This document shows, in pieces, positions 1 through 13,006 of a DNA stretch of 64,000 nt (the first letter of the stretch is position 1; each line of letters opens with the position of its first letter). This stretch comes from Paraspadella gotoi (Eukaryota; Animalia; Chaetognatha), in assembly GCA_051294375.1 (NCBI GenBank), contig CM119265.1, positions 3,446,710 through 3,510,709 on the forward strand, read 5' to 3'. Below the pieces are notes generated by a model. That model was given only the letters and a program-made list of their open reading frames with translations. It was not told the DNA's origin and did no database searches. The translations under genes were made by a program, and so were the position numbers.

Positions 1-635
1 AAAGAGGAGAGATGAAAAAGGAGGAAAGAGGAGAAGAAAAGGAAAGAGAGGAAGGAAAAAGAGAAGAAAGGAGAAGATAGGAAAATGGGGACAGAGGAGA
101 AGAAAGGGAAAGAGAGGAAAAAGGAAAGAGAGTAATAGAAAGGAGAAAGTCGGAAAAGAAAGAAAGGAAAAGTGAAAGGAGAAATAGAAGAAAGAGGAAA
201 TTATAAGTAAAAATTAGGAGGAAAGAAAAGAAAAGCAAAGGAACTTCGACGCAGGAAAAAGAAGGGGAAATAAGAGAAAGAAAACAACAGCAACAACAAC
301 AAGAACAACAACAACAACCTTACGTGCACTAAACCGAGAACGCCAACTCAATTATGCCACTTTTCGAAAGAATCGCGTCTATAAAAAGATTTTACTTATT
401 AGAAAAAATAAATAACAAACTTGAATCACCGACACCCCTATTGATTTTAATTAAAAAAGAAAAAAAGTGAAGAAAACAAACAAGTTTTGCACTGGAATAA
501 ATCGAATTGGATGCAGTGGCTTCGTTGTGTCATCGTATTTCATCAAAACCGGCTTCTCCCAATTAATAGCTCTCTCTCTATTTGCAGAAGTGCAGGTGGA
601 CTGACGAAACCTGATAACTGCATCTTGAGAGATAT

Positions 636-890
636 TATGGCAACAGCCGGTTTGTTTGTGATGCCCATTGGGATGGGGCATCTCACTGTTGGCTTTGGGG
701 GCTTCCGACCCTCAGTGACGCCTACAGTCACTGGCGCGGTTACCCTAGGACGGTCTCGCTTTGCCAACGCAGAGGGAAGTCGTTAGGACTGTGGATGGAA
801 CACTACGCCTGGGATGGTGTGTTCCCCCTCTGAGCCAATGGATTTGGCTGACAGATGGTGGACGTGAGGCGGTGTGAATATACCACCACA
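636..890 (-). mobile_element. Solo LTR, tRNA-containing TRIM family A
   Basis: Minus strand starts TGTGG and ends GTTGCCATA; exact 4-bp TSD ATAT (632-635, 891-894); shares the core GTCACTGAGGGTC.GAAGCCCC..GTGAGATGCCCC with 4754-5018, 26965-27119 and 40873-41108. Confidence 0.75.
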
Positions 891-1367
891 ATATCATCAT
901 TTCCTTTCTTCCTGCCTGAAGGATCGCATCCGGATGCAGTCACTCACTCTACTCTTCCTGATTTTAATTTTCCCTCGAAAATTCGAGGCGAAAGAGAAAA
1001 TCGTCAAAATCAAAAAAGTTGGATTCGACGTCAACTCAGTCGGTAAACTTTTCATTATCTTATTATTTTATTTATATTTGGGTTTTTTTTGTTGTTTTGT
1101 TTAGTTTTTTGAGACGGATGTTTCGTTTAGATAAACTTGGTTTGTAGTATAGACTAACAAAACAAAGGACACATGAAACAATTGGAACATAAAGAAACAC
1201 AAAAACAAAAAAAAATCCGACGAAACGAGAAATACGGAACCAAAAATCAATTATCAGGTCGACGACGCATCACAGTTTCACCGAGAATTCGTCGCTTCAA
1301 AGGTGAATTGTTATAATCGTGATGTCAAATCACCGGATTTTATGTGTGAAATATGAGATGATAAACG

Positions 1368-1486
1368 TGAAAAATGCTAGGCGGCCACCAGTTCTAGAAC
1401 CCTGGACCTTTGGGTTGGAAGGCGAATGACTTGCTTCCAGCACCAGTGGCCGCCGATGAACGTTTGGTGGATTTTAGTCCACCATA
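1368..1486 (-). mobile_element. Miniature solo LTR (family B) containing a tRNA-Gly(TCC)-like sequence
   Basis: 4-bp TSD AACG (1364-1367, 1487-1490); ends TTTTTCA; 1381-1453 has a GCGGCCAC/GTGGCCGC acceptor-like stem, GCCTTCCAA anticodon-loop-like motif and GGGTTCTAG B-box-like motif; leader GTGGACTAAAATCCAC shared with the copies at 13408 and 61156. Confidence 0.7.
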
Positions 1487-1520
1487 AACGCTTACTTTAC
1501 AAGAAAGAAGAAGTAATAAA

Positions 1521-2698
1521 AACAAGTTTGAGCAAACAATGTCGGATCTGCCTACGATAATTAAGTGGTAATAAGCTAACTTGGTCAACTTGCATAATTT
1601 GGTCAACTGACATAATTTGGTCAACTGACATAATTTGGTTAACTGACAAAGTTTGGTCAACTGACATAATTTTATCAATTAAGATAATTTGGTCAACTGG
1701 CATAATTTGGTCAACTGGCATAATTTGCTCAACAGGCATAATTTGGTCAACTTGCAGAACTTGATCAACTTGCAGAATTTGGTCAACTGGCATAATTTGG
1801 TCAACTTTAAGAATTTGGTCAACTGGCATATTTTTGTCAATTGGCATAATTTTGTCAATCAATCAATCAATCGATCAATCAATCAATCAATCAGAGAGAG
1901 ATAGAGAGAAAGAAACTTTAAAAAATTCAAATAAATGTGTCTTTTGGTTTTCTAATTTGAACTCTTTTCCACTCCTACGATTCCATCAAAAAATTTATAT
2001 CCAGCTTTATCACATACTTTCCTACCCACACACAAAATTCAATTTCGATTTATCTATCCAATTTTTAATAAACATAATAATTATGAGTAAATTTAAGTAA
2101 AAATACTTCAAGTAAATATGACTTTTGTTTTTTCCATTTTGACTCATTTCCACTCGCACGATTCCATCGAAACTTTGTATCCAGCTCAATCACACACTTT
2201 CCTACCATCATACAAAATTGCCCTTTCCACTCATGAGAAATTGGCGTTCAATTAGTGAAATATTTTTTTTTTCCATTTAAACCAATTTCTACTGGCACGA
2301 TTCCCTCGAAACTTCATATCCATCTCAATCAACAGTTTCCTACCCACACACAAAATTTCATACCAATCCATCCATCCAATCACGAGTAATTGGAAGTTTT
2401 TCTAAGGTGGGACGGACGGACGGGACGCGGACGGACGGATGGACGGGACGGACGGAAGGGGACGGATGGACGGACGGACGGACGGACGGACAGACGGATG
2501 ACGGACGGACGGACGGACGGATGGACGGACGGACGGACGGACAGACGGAATGGACGGACATCATTTTTTTTGCATAATTTATCATAATTAATGTTCTAAC
2601 ATAATATAAGTGTGTGCCCGACAATATTGAGGGGGCGGACCGACGGACCGACAAAGTGAATTATAGAGTCGGGATATGCTGATAAGCAGATCCGACTA
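1521..2698 (-). mobile_element. Non-autonomous Helentron-associated element (HINE/DINE-1-like)
   Basis: 11-bp subterminal inverted repeats GTCGGATCTGC (1541-1551) / GCAGATCCGAC (2686-2696); partial inverted repeat next to the 5' subTIR; (GTCC)n microsatellite ~2411-2560; internal tandem repeats; 3' stem-loop GTTTG-CT-CAAAC ending CTTGTT; T-run flanks. Confidence 0.8.
1578..1858. repeat. 18-bp minisatellite (TTGGTCAACTGGCATAAT)n, ~16 units, inside the HINE
   Basis: Directly visible tandem units; it generates the repetitive ORFs at 1394-1904. Confidence 0.9.
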
Positions 2699-3052
2699 AA
2701 AAAAACGAAGTCAGTCCTTCTCTGAGCCATTATTGATAAAATCTTACATTGTTTTTTTCATAAAAATAATCTCCGACGTTAATCAGAGGATTCGAGTGAT
2801 CAAGCCAAGCTTCATCCTCTCTTCTACCAACCTTTCAACCGCCCCCCCCCCCAACTCCTCTCCAAACAGCCTCAGTTCCGCTCCGGCCGCCGCTGTCCAC
2901 GTCCAACGGGTCGTCGGCGACTCAACCTCTGATCTTTGCCGATTCGCCAAGATCGTCGTCATCGTCGTCGTTGTCGTCCTTTATTTCGTCGCCGCCATCG
3001 TCTCCGACGTCGAGTTGTATCTCTTCTTCGTCGACGCACTCTGAGGATCCCT

Positions 3053-3325
3053 TGGGCGCTAATTTCTGAAAGCGCCTCATTTCTGTTTTTTTAATCTTTC
3101 AACATTATTTTAATTTTGATATTTAACTTTAAGAAACCCTAAATTTAATTCTTAAATCTAATCCATAACTTAACTTTAATCAATCACTTTAATCTTAATC
3201 GGTAAATAAATCATTAATTGATAAACTTACTGCTTGATTTTTAACCTTAATTAATTTTTTAAACCTCAAAACAAAATATAAATTTAAGCTGAAATATATG
3301 GCTTTTGGAATTTAGGACTGGCCCT
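3053..3325. mobile_element. MITE with ~30-bp TIRs and a (CCTAAT)-like interior
   Basis: Left end GGGCGCTAATTTCTGAAAGCGCCTCATTTC matches ends at 25673, 33080 and (inverted) 35167-35193; right end degenerate. Confidence 0.5.
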
Positions 3326-3608
3326 AAGGGTCGCGACTCTCGGGTTCTCTCTTTGTTATTCATCTTAACTTAATACTTGGTGCTAATTAGATTCGATAAT
3401 TCAGTAAAAATTTACTAAGTATTGAGTTAACGTTTATATTTAGTGTTTAGTCCTAATTAAGATTCTCATTATTACTAAATTATTGAAAAAAAATACAAAA
3501 ATAAAATCAATCAAAAAAAAATTATCAATGCTTATTTCATATTTAAAAATTTGAAGCTGGAAATTAAAGAGAAAACTTGACGTCTCATTATGTCCTCTAA
3601 TTACTCCA

Positions 3609-5980
3609 TCAACAGACTCCTTGCCCCTGACGATATTTCTCCAAATCGAATCCATCATATTCCATCCAATCGGGAAAGAGTTCTGCAATGACAGACAGAA
3701 TGTCGTTGCTGTTGCATTCACGGTCGTCGCATTGCAAATTGCGCACCTAGAAAATTAATTAATTAATTGATTGATTGATTTTTTTATTTATTTATTTTTT
3801 TAAATTTTTTTATTCCTTCATTTAGTGATAGACCGATCGATTTTTCGACGATTGATTGATAAATTGAATGAATGATTGATTGATTGAATGATTCTTTGAT
3901 TCATTGACTGATTGAGTGCTCGATTGATTGATCGATCGAATGATTTATTGATAGACAGAGCGAAGGATCGAAAGATAGATTTATCGATTGCCTGAGTGCT
4001 TGCTTTATTCATCGCTCGCTTGCTTGCTCGTTTTCTTTTCCCTCACCTTCAACAATTCCACGATGCTCGTGCTTCCACGATCCACGGGCGACTTGTAAAA
4101 GTCAACCGCCATTTTGATCGCCTGTTTGACTCTCTCACTGATCACCACTGTGCCAGACGCTTCCATAAAAAGATCCAGACTCAGTTGATCATTTATGGTC
4201 CCTGGAAACAAATACGTAAAAAAAAAGGTATTTAAGGATTGACATTATCTGCCGACGACCTTACCTTTCCTGACGCAGTTGAGCGGGTAGTTGTCGTACT
4301 CGTCGAGGTTCTTGCGCGACCAGGCGATTTCGTGAACAATCTCGTAAGTCCCCGCCACCTCATAAGGGGGGGGGGAAGACACAAATGTAGATATTAAAGA
4401 CGCACTAGATATTGAATATCGATCATAATAGTAATATTTTTATCAGAATTGAAGGATATTAATAGGTTGAATGATAGAACTGAGGATAAGGCGCTGAGTT
4501 GGCAATTACTTTCCCTAAACTTTTTTTGACAACCAACAATGGAACGGGTCATGGGCTTTGAACCCGGCTAGATGGTTTTACAGGCTCCCAAGTCATTTTA
4601 TGGCCGTTCTTCTGCTGCCTCAGGGAATCGATCCCGGTTCAACTCAAGAAGCCACCGGGTGACTACTGAGAGTACGATATATGTTTGCGGAATAAACTCT
4701 GCGATGTCCACTACAGATTGAATATTTACTAGAGCAATTTGATTGTCTGATAGTGTGGCGAATCCTAAATTCGCCTCCCGTATAAGCTATAGCTTGGTGA
4801 AACTCAGCTCGCCCCATTGGCTTGAACAGCTGAGTACTCGTTCACCAACCGACAGTTCCGGGTTGAATCCCCTCTCGGTCACGCTGGTTAAAGTGTAATG
4901 GAGTCGTCATAAACACGCCAGAGACATGGGGTGGTCACTGCAGGTCCAAAGCCCAGAGCGCCAGCTGTGGGGAGATGCCTCACACCCCGGGCATCACACA
5001 TGTCTCCCCGTAGCTATGATAGATCGATTAAGTGATTGATTTGATTGATTTATTCCACTACTTTATATCCGGCGCTGTTGAGATTCCTCAACATGATCTT
5101 GACGGGCATATTCGTCTTAACCGAATTGTTGATCTGGATGGAGATTTTGACTTTGCGGTAGATGTGGATGAGGGATCTGCGCGTCGCCGCCAGGAGATCC
5201 TGTTGAGTGGACGGGGGTGTTGAGAGGCAGGACTTCGACGGCGGAAAACAACAGCGCGTCACCTTGAAGTAATCCAAATGGTACAGCAATTGCTTCTGCG
5301 TCAAATTCGGGTTAGAGAGTTTGAGCATCAAATCTCTGAACTTTGGAGTCTCTTTGGACACTCCCTCCTTCAACTTGTGCAGTCCGCTGAGGAGTGGAGA
5401 GGAAGAAAGAAGTTGGAATTGCATGTGTTTCCATAGCGAATGTCGAACATTTTATCACACTGACAACAGAATTCCGGATCAACGTAAATATATTTTAGCC
5501 CTACGATTGGCCGAGCCTCGTCAGGGGTGAGCCAATGACCATTCGAGATTTCGTGCTTTGTTTCTGATCAGTTGCCTTTAAATTAATATTGATTTTATTT
5601 ACTCGTTTAAGAATTGATATCGGCTTTACTTTCTGAGAATAAAATCCACCTTTAATTCAAGGTTAAAACTTAAATCCATAGTACTTAGTACTTATTTAAT
5701 AAAGGTGGTAGCGGTGAGATTCAAAGCCAGGCGTTCGACTGACCAACCGAATGCTCGAGCCAACTGAGCCAAACCCTATACCTGCCATTGTCCTCTTTGG
5801 TCGAAGTGTCGTTGGTAAAGAACTTGGCCATCGAGATGGAATCGCTAGTCAGATTCTTGAAGAGTTCCATCTGCAATTTGGTGATGGCGGCGATGTTCTC
5901 TCGAGAGGAGTCGAGGTCGCGACGAGTCTCTCGGATCTTCGTCGCCGTCTCTGCCAATTTGGCGTTCATCTCTTGGGCGC

Positions 5981-6059
<79 letters not shown>

Positions 6060-6227
6060 TGAGATGTCAAATGTTAATTGGTCAGTTCGTTTTGTCATTT
6101 AACAATTCATTCAGTTGATCATCTATTACTTAATTTACTTATTTTCCAAACAATTTTAAACATTCATTCACACTGTAATCTCTTCATTCATTCAATCATT
6201 TATTCATTTTTAAGTCATTCATTCATC

Positions 6228-6295
<68 letters not shown>

Positions 6296-6297
6296 AT

Positions 6298-6334
<37 letters not shown>

Positions 6335-6462
6335 ACCCTGGATAGTCGAGACGGCCTGAGAGACGCACATAGCGATTGAAGCAGCACTCATGATGGCGCC
6401 GATTGCGTCGAACCCGTATTTCTTCATCCCCTTAAATATTAGCGATTGATTGATTGAGTTTT

Positions 6463-6521
<59 letters not shown>

Positions 6522-6534
6522 TCTATTTATCTAT

Positions 6535-6605
<71 letters not shown>

Positions 6606-7983
6606 TAAATATACAAACATGTGGCATTTCGTGATGTTCAAAATTAACTTTTCAATGGCGAATTAAAACATAGTGATTTATCCTAAAACGCAAAGTTTCA
6701 TTAACAAACTTGCTACAAGTTGCCACAAAACACCGTGTATTCCTCACTTGCCACAATTTGGTTTTGGTGAAAGAAACGCTGACCGACTTAATCGTATTTT
6801 TGATTTTGGTGAAGAATTTTCCGACGGGTTTGAATTTGGAAGTTAGTTTAGACATAATTCCGCCTTAAAAAGTTGGGGTAAAAATGTTTAATATTACAAA
6901 ATTATAATAAATAAACTAATATTCTACCCATACTATTCTACCCATACTACCCGCGATTCTGATCGAGTACTTCTCACCTTTGCTGGGCAAAGTTTTAGGA
7001 ACTTTTGGTTTGTTGGCTTCGTTCTTAAGGAAATTGTCGGCGCCTGGAGTAAAAATAAAAATTATAATTGTTGATGAAGAGACATCACTTGCACAGGAGA
7101 TAAAGATTTATTTTTAAGTATTTTTTTTAGTATTTAGCTTTTAGATTTTAAAATATTTCTATTCTTATGGTCTGCCTTGAAAAATAATTCGTCCATAAAT
7201 ATTGACAAAAAAAATAAATACACATGTAAATCCTACTACGAATTACTTTGAGGGAAACTAACTTAGATTCTATAAGCATCCAGTTAGAATTTTTGGTATT
7301 TGTTCTATTACCATTAGTTCTAAGTTCATTCAATTAAAAAAAAACTTCTATGTAAATGAACACCAAAAATGCTCATAATCTTAATCGAACCAAAACTACC
7401 AATCAGAGCCCGTTGTCCACAAGCAATCAGAGCCCGCATTCCACAACTAATCACCTCTCTTGTCCTTCATGATTTTGTGGATAAAATCGTCCAATTGCAG
7501 ATCGTCCATGTCCTTTGTCCAATCCGCTAACTTGTCCAAGTTCGATTTCGTGCATTTAATCTTTGACAAAAGAATGTGACAGCAAAAACGTTTTGCTTAA
7601 AAATTTATTTATTATTATATATTATTTTATCCTCAATGATCTTTTCCCAAATTATTTCATGAAATTAAAAATTATTCATTCATTTAATAAATAAGCTATC
7701 TTGCCCCTGAATTTGGACAGGCTTTGGTGGTTTAAGGAATCCATCACTCTTATATGATAATGACATAGCAGGTCCCTGCAAGATTTCATTCAAGACTCAA
7801 AGACTCAAATAATGTTTTAATTGTATCAATTGCATCATATTACACAACTCCGACTGACCAAGGAAATTTCAATTCTCGCCCGACTTACTCTCCACATCTC
7901 CAAAATCTTTCCCACCTTTCTCCCCCCGACTCACTTGAACTTACCAACTCTCTCCGTGACTACCTGCTGAGCCCCGACTCTCT

Positions 7984-8055
<72 letters not shown>

Positions 8056-11000
8056 CTCTCTGACCACTAACCTGCTTAGCCCCGACTCTAGTTTGGCTGT
8101 TGATCATTTTCTCGTCCTTCATGAATTCGTTGATCTTCATCTTCGTCGACTGAGAAGCGAAGATGTCGAACATGCCTCCCATGCCGCCGTCCTTGCCCAC
8201 CTTGCCCAACACTTTGGTCACCGTGCCTTTGGAGACTTCGACGAAGTAGTTCTTGCCCGTCTTCATGTTGACAGCCATGCTGACGCCTGCGTTTGGTTAA
8301 GTTTTAACAATCAATCAATTAATTATTCAATCAACCGATCAATTAATAAACAATCAAACAATTAATCAATCAGCAACGTACTCGATCAATACTGACCAGA
8401 ATATATTAATTCATCACTAAATCAATCAATAAATCAATTTTTTTATCAATTAATAATTAAATCAATCAATAAACAATCAAACAATTAATCAATCAGCATC
8501 GTACTCGATCAATACTGACCAGAATATATTAATTCATCACTAAATCAATCAATAAATAAATTTTTTTATCAATTAATAATTAAATCAATCAATAAAGCAA
8601 TCAAATGAAATGGGCTCACCCGACGCGGGCGACCGGACGACGACGTTAAGATCCTTGATCTTGATTGATCCGAGCGAAAGACGTCTGACTCCTCGAAGGA
8701 AAGAAGGCATGAGTTGCACCATGAGGGAAATTCCAGCGAAGACGGCGAAAGCAATGGATTCTGTTCCTTGCATTTGGGCCATGCGGTCGTCGAGGGACTT
8801 GAGGAAAAAGAGGAAGGGGGGGGGGAAGGTGGTCACGTGGGGCGTTATCCTATTGCGGTCGGTCTGTCGGTCGGTCGGTATGTCTGTCCGTCGGTCTGTC
8901 CCACTTAAAAATGCTCATAACTCATTACTCGTTTGTTAAGACAGGAAAAAACCTCAAATCTAAGGGACTGCTAGCGGTCATAAAACTATAAAGAATACAA
9001 AATGGGCTAAGAAAATCGCTGCAGCGCAACACACATTTAAATTTCCGTTCTTGTTTAATCTATGTCTAAATTTTCTCAATTTAAATGATACTGATTCGTA
9101 TAAAGGTTATTATGGTTATTATGGTTTTAAATACATTGTAACTCATTGATTACAACGCTGTGTACACGAGTATTTTTCGTACATTTCGGTTTTAGGATCA
9201 TCGAAGACCAAATTCGTCTGCAACCGAAAATGAATAAATTAACTATGACCTACCTATTTACCCTTGCATACTCCCATCATCAATCTTAACACTTCTCCTG
9301 ATATACTCCTTACTCACCCTGACCTACTCCTTACCCTGACCTACTTCTGGCTCACCCTGATATACTCTTTCCTCACCCTAACATACTCCATACCCTGACA
9401 TATATATATGTACCAAAACAATTATTTTGAAATTTTAACATTATATTTGGGTAGTGCCATATACAAATTAAGCTGACTGAGCAACTACATTTATAAAAAA
9501 AACAAAAAATAACTACAGAGTAGTAGTCATTAATATGATAGTTTTCATAATACAACTGCTATATATAACTGTATAACTGCTAAATTTTGATTCCAAACTT
9601 TCACTTCACTCTACTCATACTCCTAAACTCACCCTGACGTACTGTTCCATGTCAGTTTCGATCTCCAATTTCTTCTTTTGCAATTCCTCGTCGTATTCGT
9701 CTTTTGTTTCGTCGGGCATCATGTCCGTTGCCGTCGAGTTGTAGTGCAGCACCCCTGGTGGAAGAAAAAAGTAAAAAGGAATAAATAAATTAAAAAATAA
9801 ATGTATATATAAATAAATCCTAATCCTAAATCCTAAATCCTTAATCCTAATTCCTAATCCTATATCAATATCACCATCAACTCCACCATCTAACCCAACG
9901 CGTCCATGAGCAACGCGTTGTTCTCGACGATCGTCTCTATCTCTTGTTTGATTGAAGTCAACTTGTAGATGAGGTGGAGGTTGGAGGCGTTCCACCGACG
10001 GAGCTCGCCGTTCTCGTCGATGGCGACCGAGGCCAAGTCTTTGAGTCCGTCCATCGAGTCTTTGACGTCTTGGTATTTCTGGAGGGAGGTCGAGGTGGGA
10101 ATATGGGCCGATTTACGCTCAACTAGTTCATTTATTTAATTAGGATAAATTGAACATTCTAAATATAGAAATTAGAATCTTTTTAAACTCCTCCCTCACC
10201 ATTCAAAATTTAGGAAACTACATAAATTGTTTTATTTTCTATTGACTCCCCTTTTCAATGTTGCGTGCACCTGACCGCCACCTGCCCGTCCCTCCCCCGC
10301 TCCTAACCGCCACCTGTCCATGCTTCCCCCGGCACCTGACAAGCCTCGGCCGTGAGTCCTCCGCAAGTGACGATAGAAGCGACAGAGAGCGAGAGACAAG
10401 AAGCTGCGGCGACGACGCCGGCGATCTTCAGTCCTTGAAGGAGACCTTTGCCGATGGTGACGAAGATGTTGTAAGGATGGATGGTGGTGGGGAGACATTC
10501 GTTCGAGTCCAGCTGTAGGTTGGATGGAGGCTTAATAAACTAATTTTTCACGAACTTATACAACTATAACTGTGACTGACATATATTATGCTTTGCCCCT
10601 CTAAGTATTAGCGCGGGCGTGAAGCAAGAAAAATATTTCACAGTCACTTGGCGCTAAGTGGGCTCAATACTATTATCCGTAACATTTTGACCCCCCCTTG
10701 CCAGAAATGATACTTGTCCTGTGCTTATAGGTATACCAGGGCCCCCGTGGCGGTCCTTACGCTTCCCCTAGTGTATGTATGTATGTATGTATGTATGTAC
10801 CTATGGTTAAGATCGGTTCTGGTTCCAGTCATGGGTCAAAACACAAGGTTGGGTTGACTGTGCATTGCACAATATTTTCTCACCCGACAAACTCCTTGCA
10901 GCAATCCGGAATCCTCTGACTTGGCTATCGACTCGGAAAAGTTGCCGACGGGAAAATCGAACTCGTCCGGAATGTCGGGTCTCGGCAGCTCGTCCGGAAA

Positions 11001-11147
11001 GACCGTTCTCGATCCCTCGGCGATCGAGTTTGCTCTTTTGTCGATCGATTCCCATCTTCGAGCGCAGATGGCGGGATGAGCGAGTTGGGCGAGCAACAAA
11101 AGAGCAATCGTCAGCCAAAATCGCGGGTATCGTGAATCGAGACGCAT
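3609..11147 (-). CDS. Uncharacterised ~790-aa secreted/membrane-interacting protein, 16 exons
   Basis: Phase-compatible GT-AG exons (approx.): 11147-10884, 10512-10336, 10078-9895, 9754-9633, 8797-8620, 8286-8072, 7560-7455, 7043-6978, 6863-6748, 6430-6337, 5980-5782, 5387-5263, 5199-5062, 4358-4265, 4201-4047, 3746-3609. Signal peptide MRLDSRYPRFWLTIALLLLAQLAHPAICA; ends ...EKYRQGQGVC-TGA. No family recognised. Confidence 0.85.
4481..4715 (-). mobile_element. Solo LTR, tRNA-containing TRIM family C (diverged)
   Basis: TGTAGT...CCTCA termini; leader and CCCGGTGGCT head, ATGACCCGTTCCAT and GCGCCTTATCC blocks shared with 23335-23701 and 33180-33444; TSD not clean (GAAC/GATT). Confidence 0.6.
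4754..5018 (+). mobile_element. Solo LTR, tRNA-containing TRIM family A
   Basis: Starts TGTGGC; exact 4-bp TSD ATAG (4750-4753, 5019-5022); TATAAG at ~4781, A-box-like TGGCTTGAACAG and B-box-like GGTTGAATCCC; family A core. Confidence 0.75.
5705..5781 (-). pseudogene. Degenerate tRNA-derived sequence at the very start of an intron
   Basis: TGGCTCAGTTGG (A box) and GGCTTTGAATCTC (degenerate B box) with tRNA-like spacing, starting just after the GTATAG splice donor. Confidence 0.45.
7658..7800. repeat. Interspersed repeat, unclassified (other copies 13352-13731 and inverted 61815-61901)
   Basis: Near-identical block CATTCATTTAATAAATAAGCTATCTTGCCCCTGA..TTGGACAGGCTTTGGTGGTTTAAG in three places. 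Confidence 0.85.
8855..8925 (+). mobile_element. Fragment of a HINE-like element
   Basis: (GGTC/GTCC) microsatellite followed by GTCCCACTTAAAAATGCTCATAACTC, similar to the sequence after the microsatellite in 1521-2698. Confidence 0.4.
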
Positions 11148-12442
11148 TTTCCAGGGATTTTTTTCCGTTTCTGTTATTAATCAATAGTTTAGGATTGATT
11201 GGTTTGATTGGTTATTTAACTATCAAAAATATTAAGTTAGTTAATTTACATACGAGACGTTTAAAAAAATATTTTTAAAAAGTAATTCTTTCTCGTTTAA
11301 TTTTGAGTCAAATTTTGACGACTAAATGTCTGCTTGGTTTCAACTTTTTTTCCGTAGAATGACGGGTAAATATCATGATAAGGTTATTATTGTTATTAGT
11401 ACGAATATTTAGGAACTAGGAACTAATGATAGGTAGTCATAACTATTTTCGTTCTCCACGTTAGAAAAAGTCTAACTTTGTGAAATGTAAAAGTTATTGT
11501 AATTGAGCGAAAACGTTTTAATAATCGAAATTCATTTAGTCACGGACGAAAAAAATTACAAAAAATTTAATTAAAATGACGAATTGACTAATAATATTCA
11601 CAACCAACTGGACGTTGGTGAGAATCGACATCAGGTCGTTTGACGTCAAGTGACAAATTAAATTTATCAGTTTGGATTTAAAAAGTGATGTATGATATAT
11701 GACGCATTTTTGCTAAACATAGTTTAACGGAAATTCCGATGGACATTTTAGGTTTTCATCTTTTGCAGTATTTTTATGCATTTATTCATACAACAGATTA
11801 ATTAATTGCTCGTAGAATTTTGTTTTTCTCTCTTCTTTACATTGTTGCTGCATTTATCATCATACTAAATAAAAAGATAAAACGCTAAGATTTTAGCTCG
11901 CTATCGAATGTAAACTGAGTGTACATAATTTTGACTCGTAATAATTTCCACAAAAATCAATCTATTGAAAGTAAAGTACAGTATATACGCATCTCAATGT
12001 GATTATGCTCATAAAGTCCTGTTGAAGAAAGAAAGTCATTTTAGGTTGCTTAGTAAGCAATGCTTACGGACATTGCATTCTTGCCCACATTTTAGAGCGT
12101 TGAGTAGTTGCAAAGGAAAGAATGGAATGGAACTGGAAAGGTTAACGCTAACACAGACGCATGTGTGAATTAATTTTGGAAAAAGCGTGAATAAGTGTGA
12201 TTCTGAAGTGAGTCGAGTGAATTATTAATAGTTAACGTCAAGAGTCGAGTATCCAATTTTATGTTGGAACCAAAAGATCGGTTTGATAAGATAAATAAGA
12301 TTTTCTTTTCTAATTTGTAATGAATTATGTTGCGATTTTAGTACAAAAAGTTCAATTAGTATGTTTTTCAATGTTAATGATAAAATATTCAAAGCAAGAT
12401 AGCTAGCTAGCTAGCTAGCTAGCTAGCTAGCTAGCTAGCTAG

Positions 12443-12540
<98 letters not shown>

Positions 12541-12749
12541 GTCTGTCTACATATTTTTTCTTCATATCGCTGGAAAATCGGGTAAAATTTGAATTTTCCC
12601 GCTGACAGATGAAGATTTCGTCCTTAAAAATTAGTGAAGTTTTGACGCAACAAGTTTCAGAGTAAGAATGGTTTGACCGTGGTTGCGTGTTGTAGTTGCT
12701 CGTCCACAGAAGAATCTTATTTCGATTCAGAGTTTATGACTATGAAAGG

Positions 12750-12810
<61 letters not shown>

Positions 12811-13006
12811 CCGAGACGCAGCCGAACATTCTTAAGTGCTTCATCCTTATAATGTTCATTCTGACCAAAGATGCATACGTAAATCTCTCAAAAGATTTTT
12901 ATTAATTTCATCGATTCGAAAAAAAATATCTCATTTTCTGAATTTTTCGTTCGTAAAATATAATCCGCGTTTTACTCGTTTTACTCGTTTTACACGTTTT
13001 TCGACA

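Noticed and set aside
1497-1862. (VDQIMP)n repeat-protein ORF
   Set aside because: An 18-bp minisatellite inside a transposon keeps frames open automatically; no supporting gene structure.
2915-3080. Short acidic ORF MRRFQKLAPKGSSECVDEEEIQLD.. on the minus strand
   Set aside because: Its ATG lies inside a MITE TIR, it is GAC-repeat driven and I found no partner exons; a real exon cannot be fully excluded.
7931-8090. Extra mini-exon or repeat-generated intron suggested by duplicated AGAGTCGGGGCT(A/C)AGCAG
   Set aside because: The upstream donor already joins the next exon in phase; including the mini-exon would break the frame.
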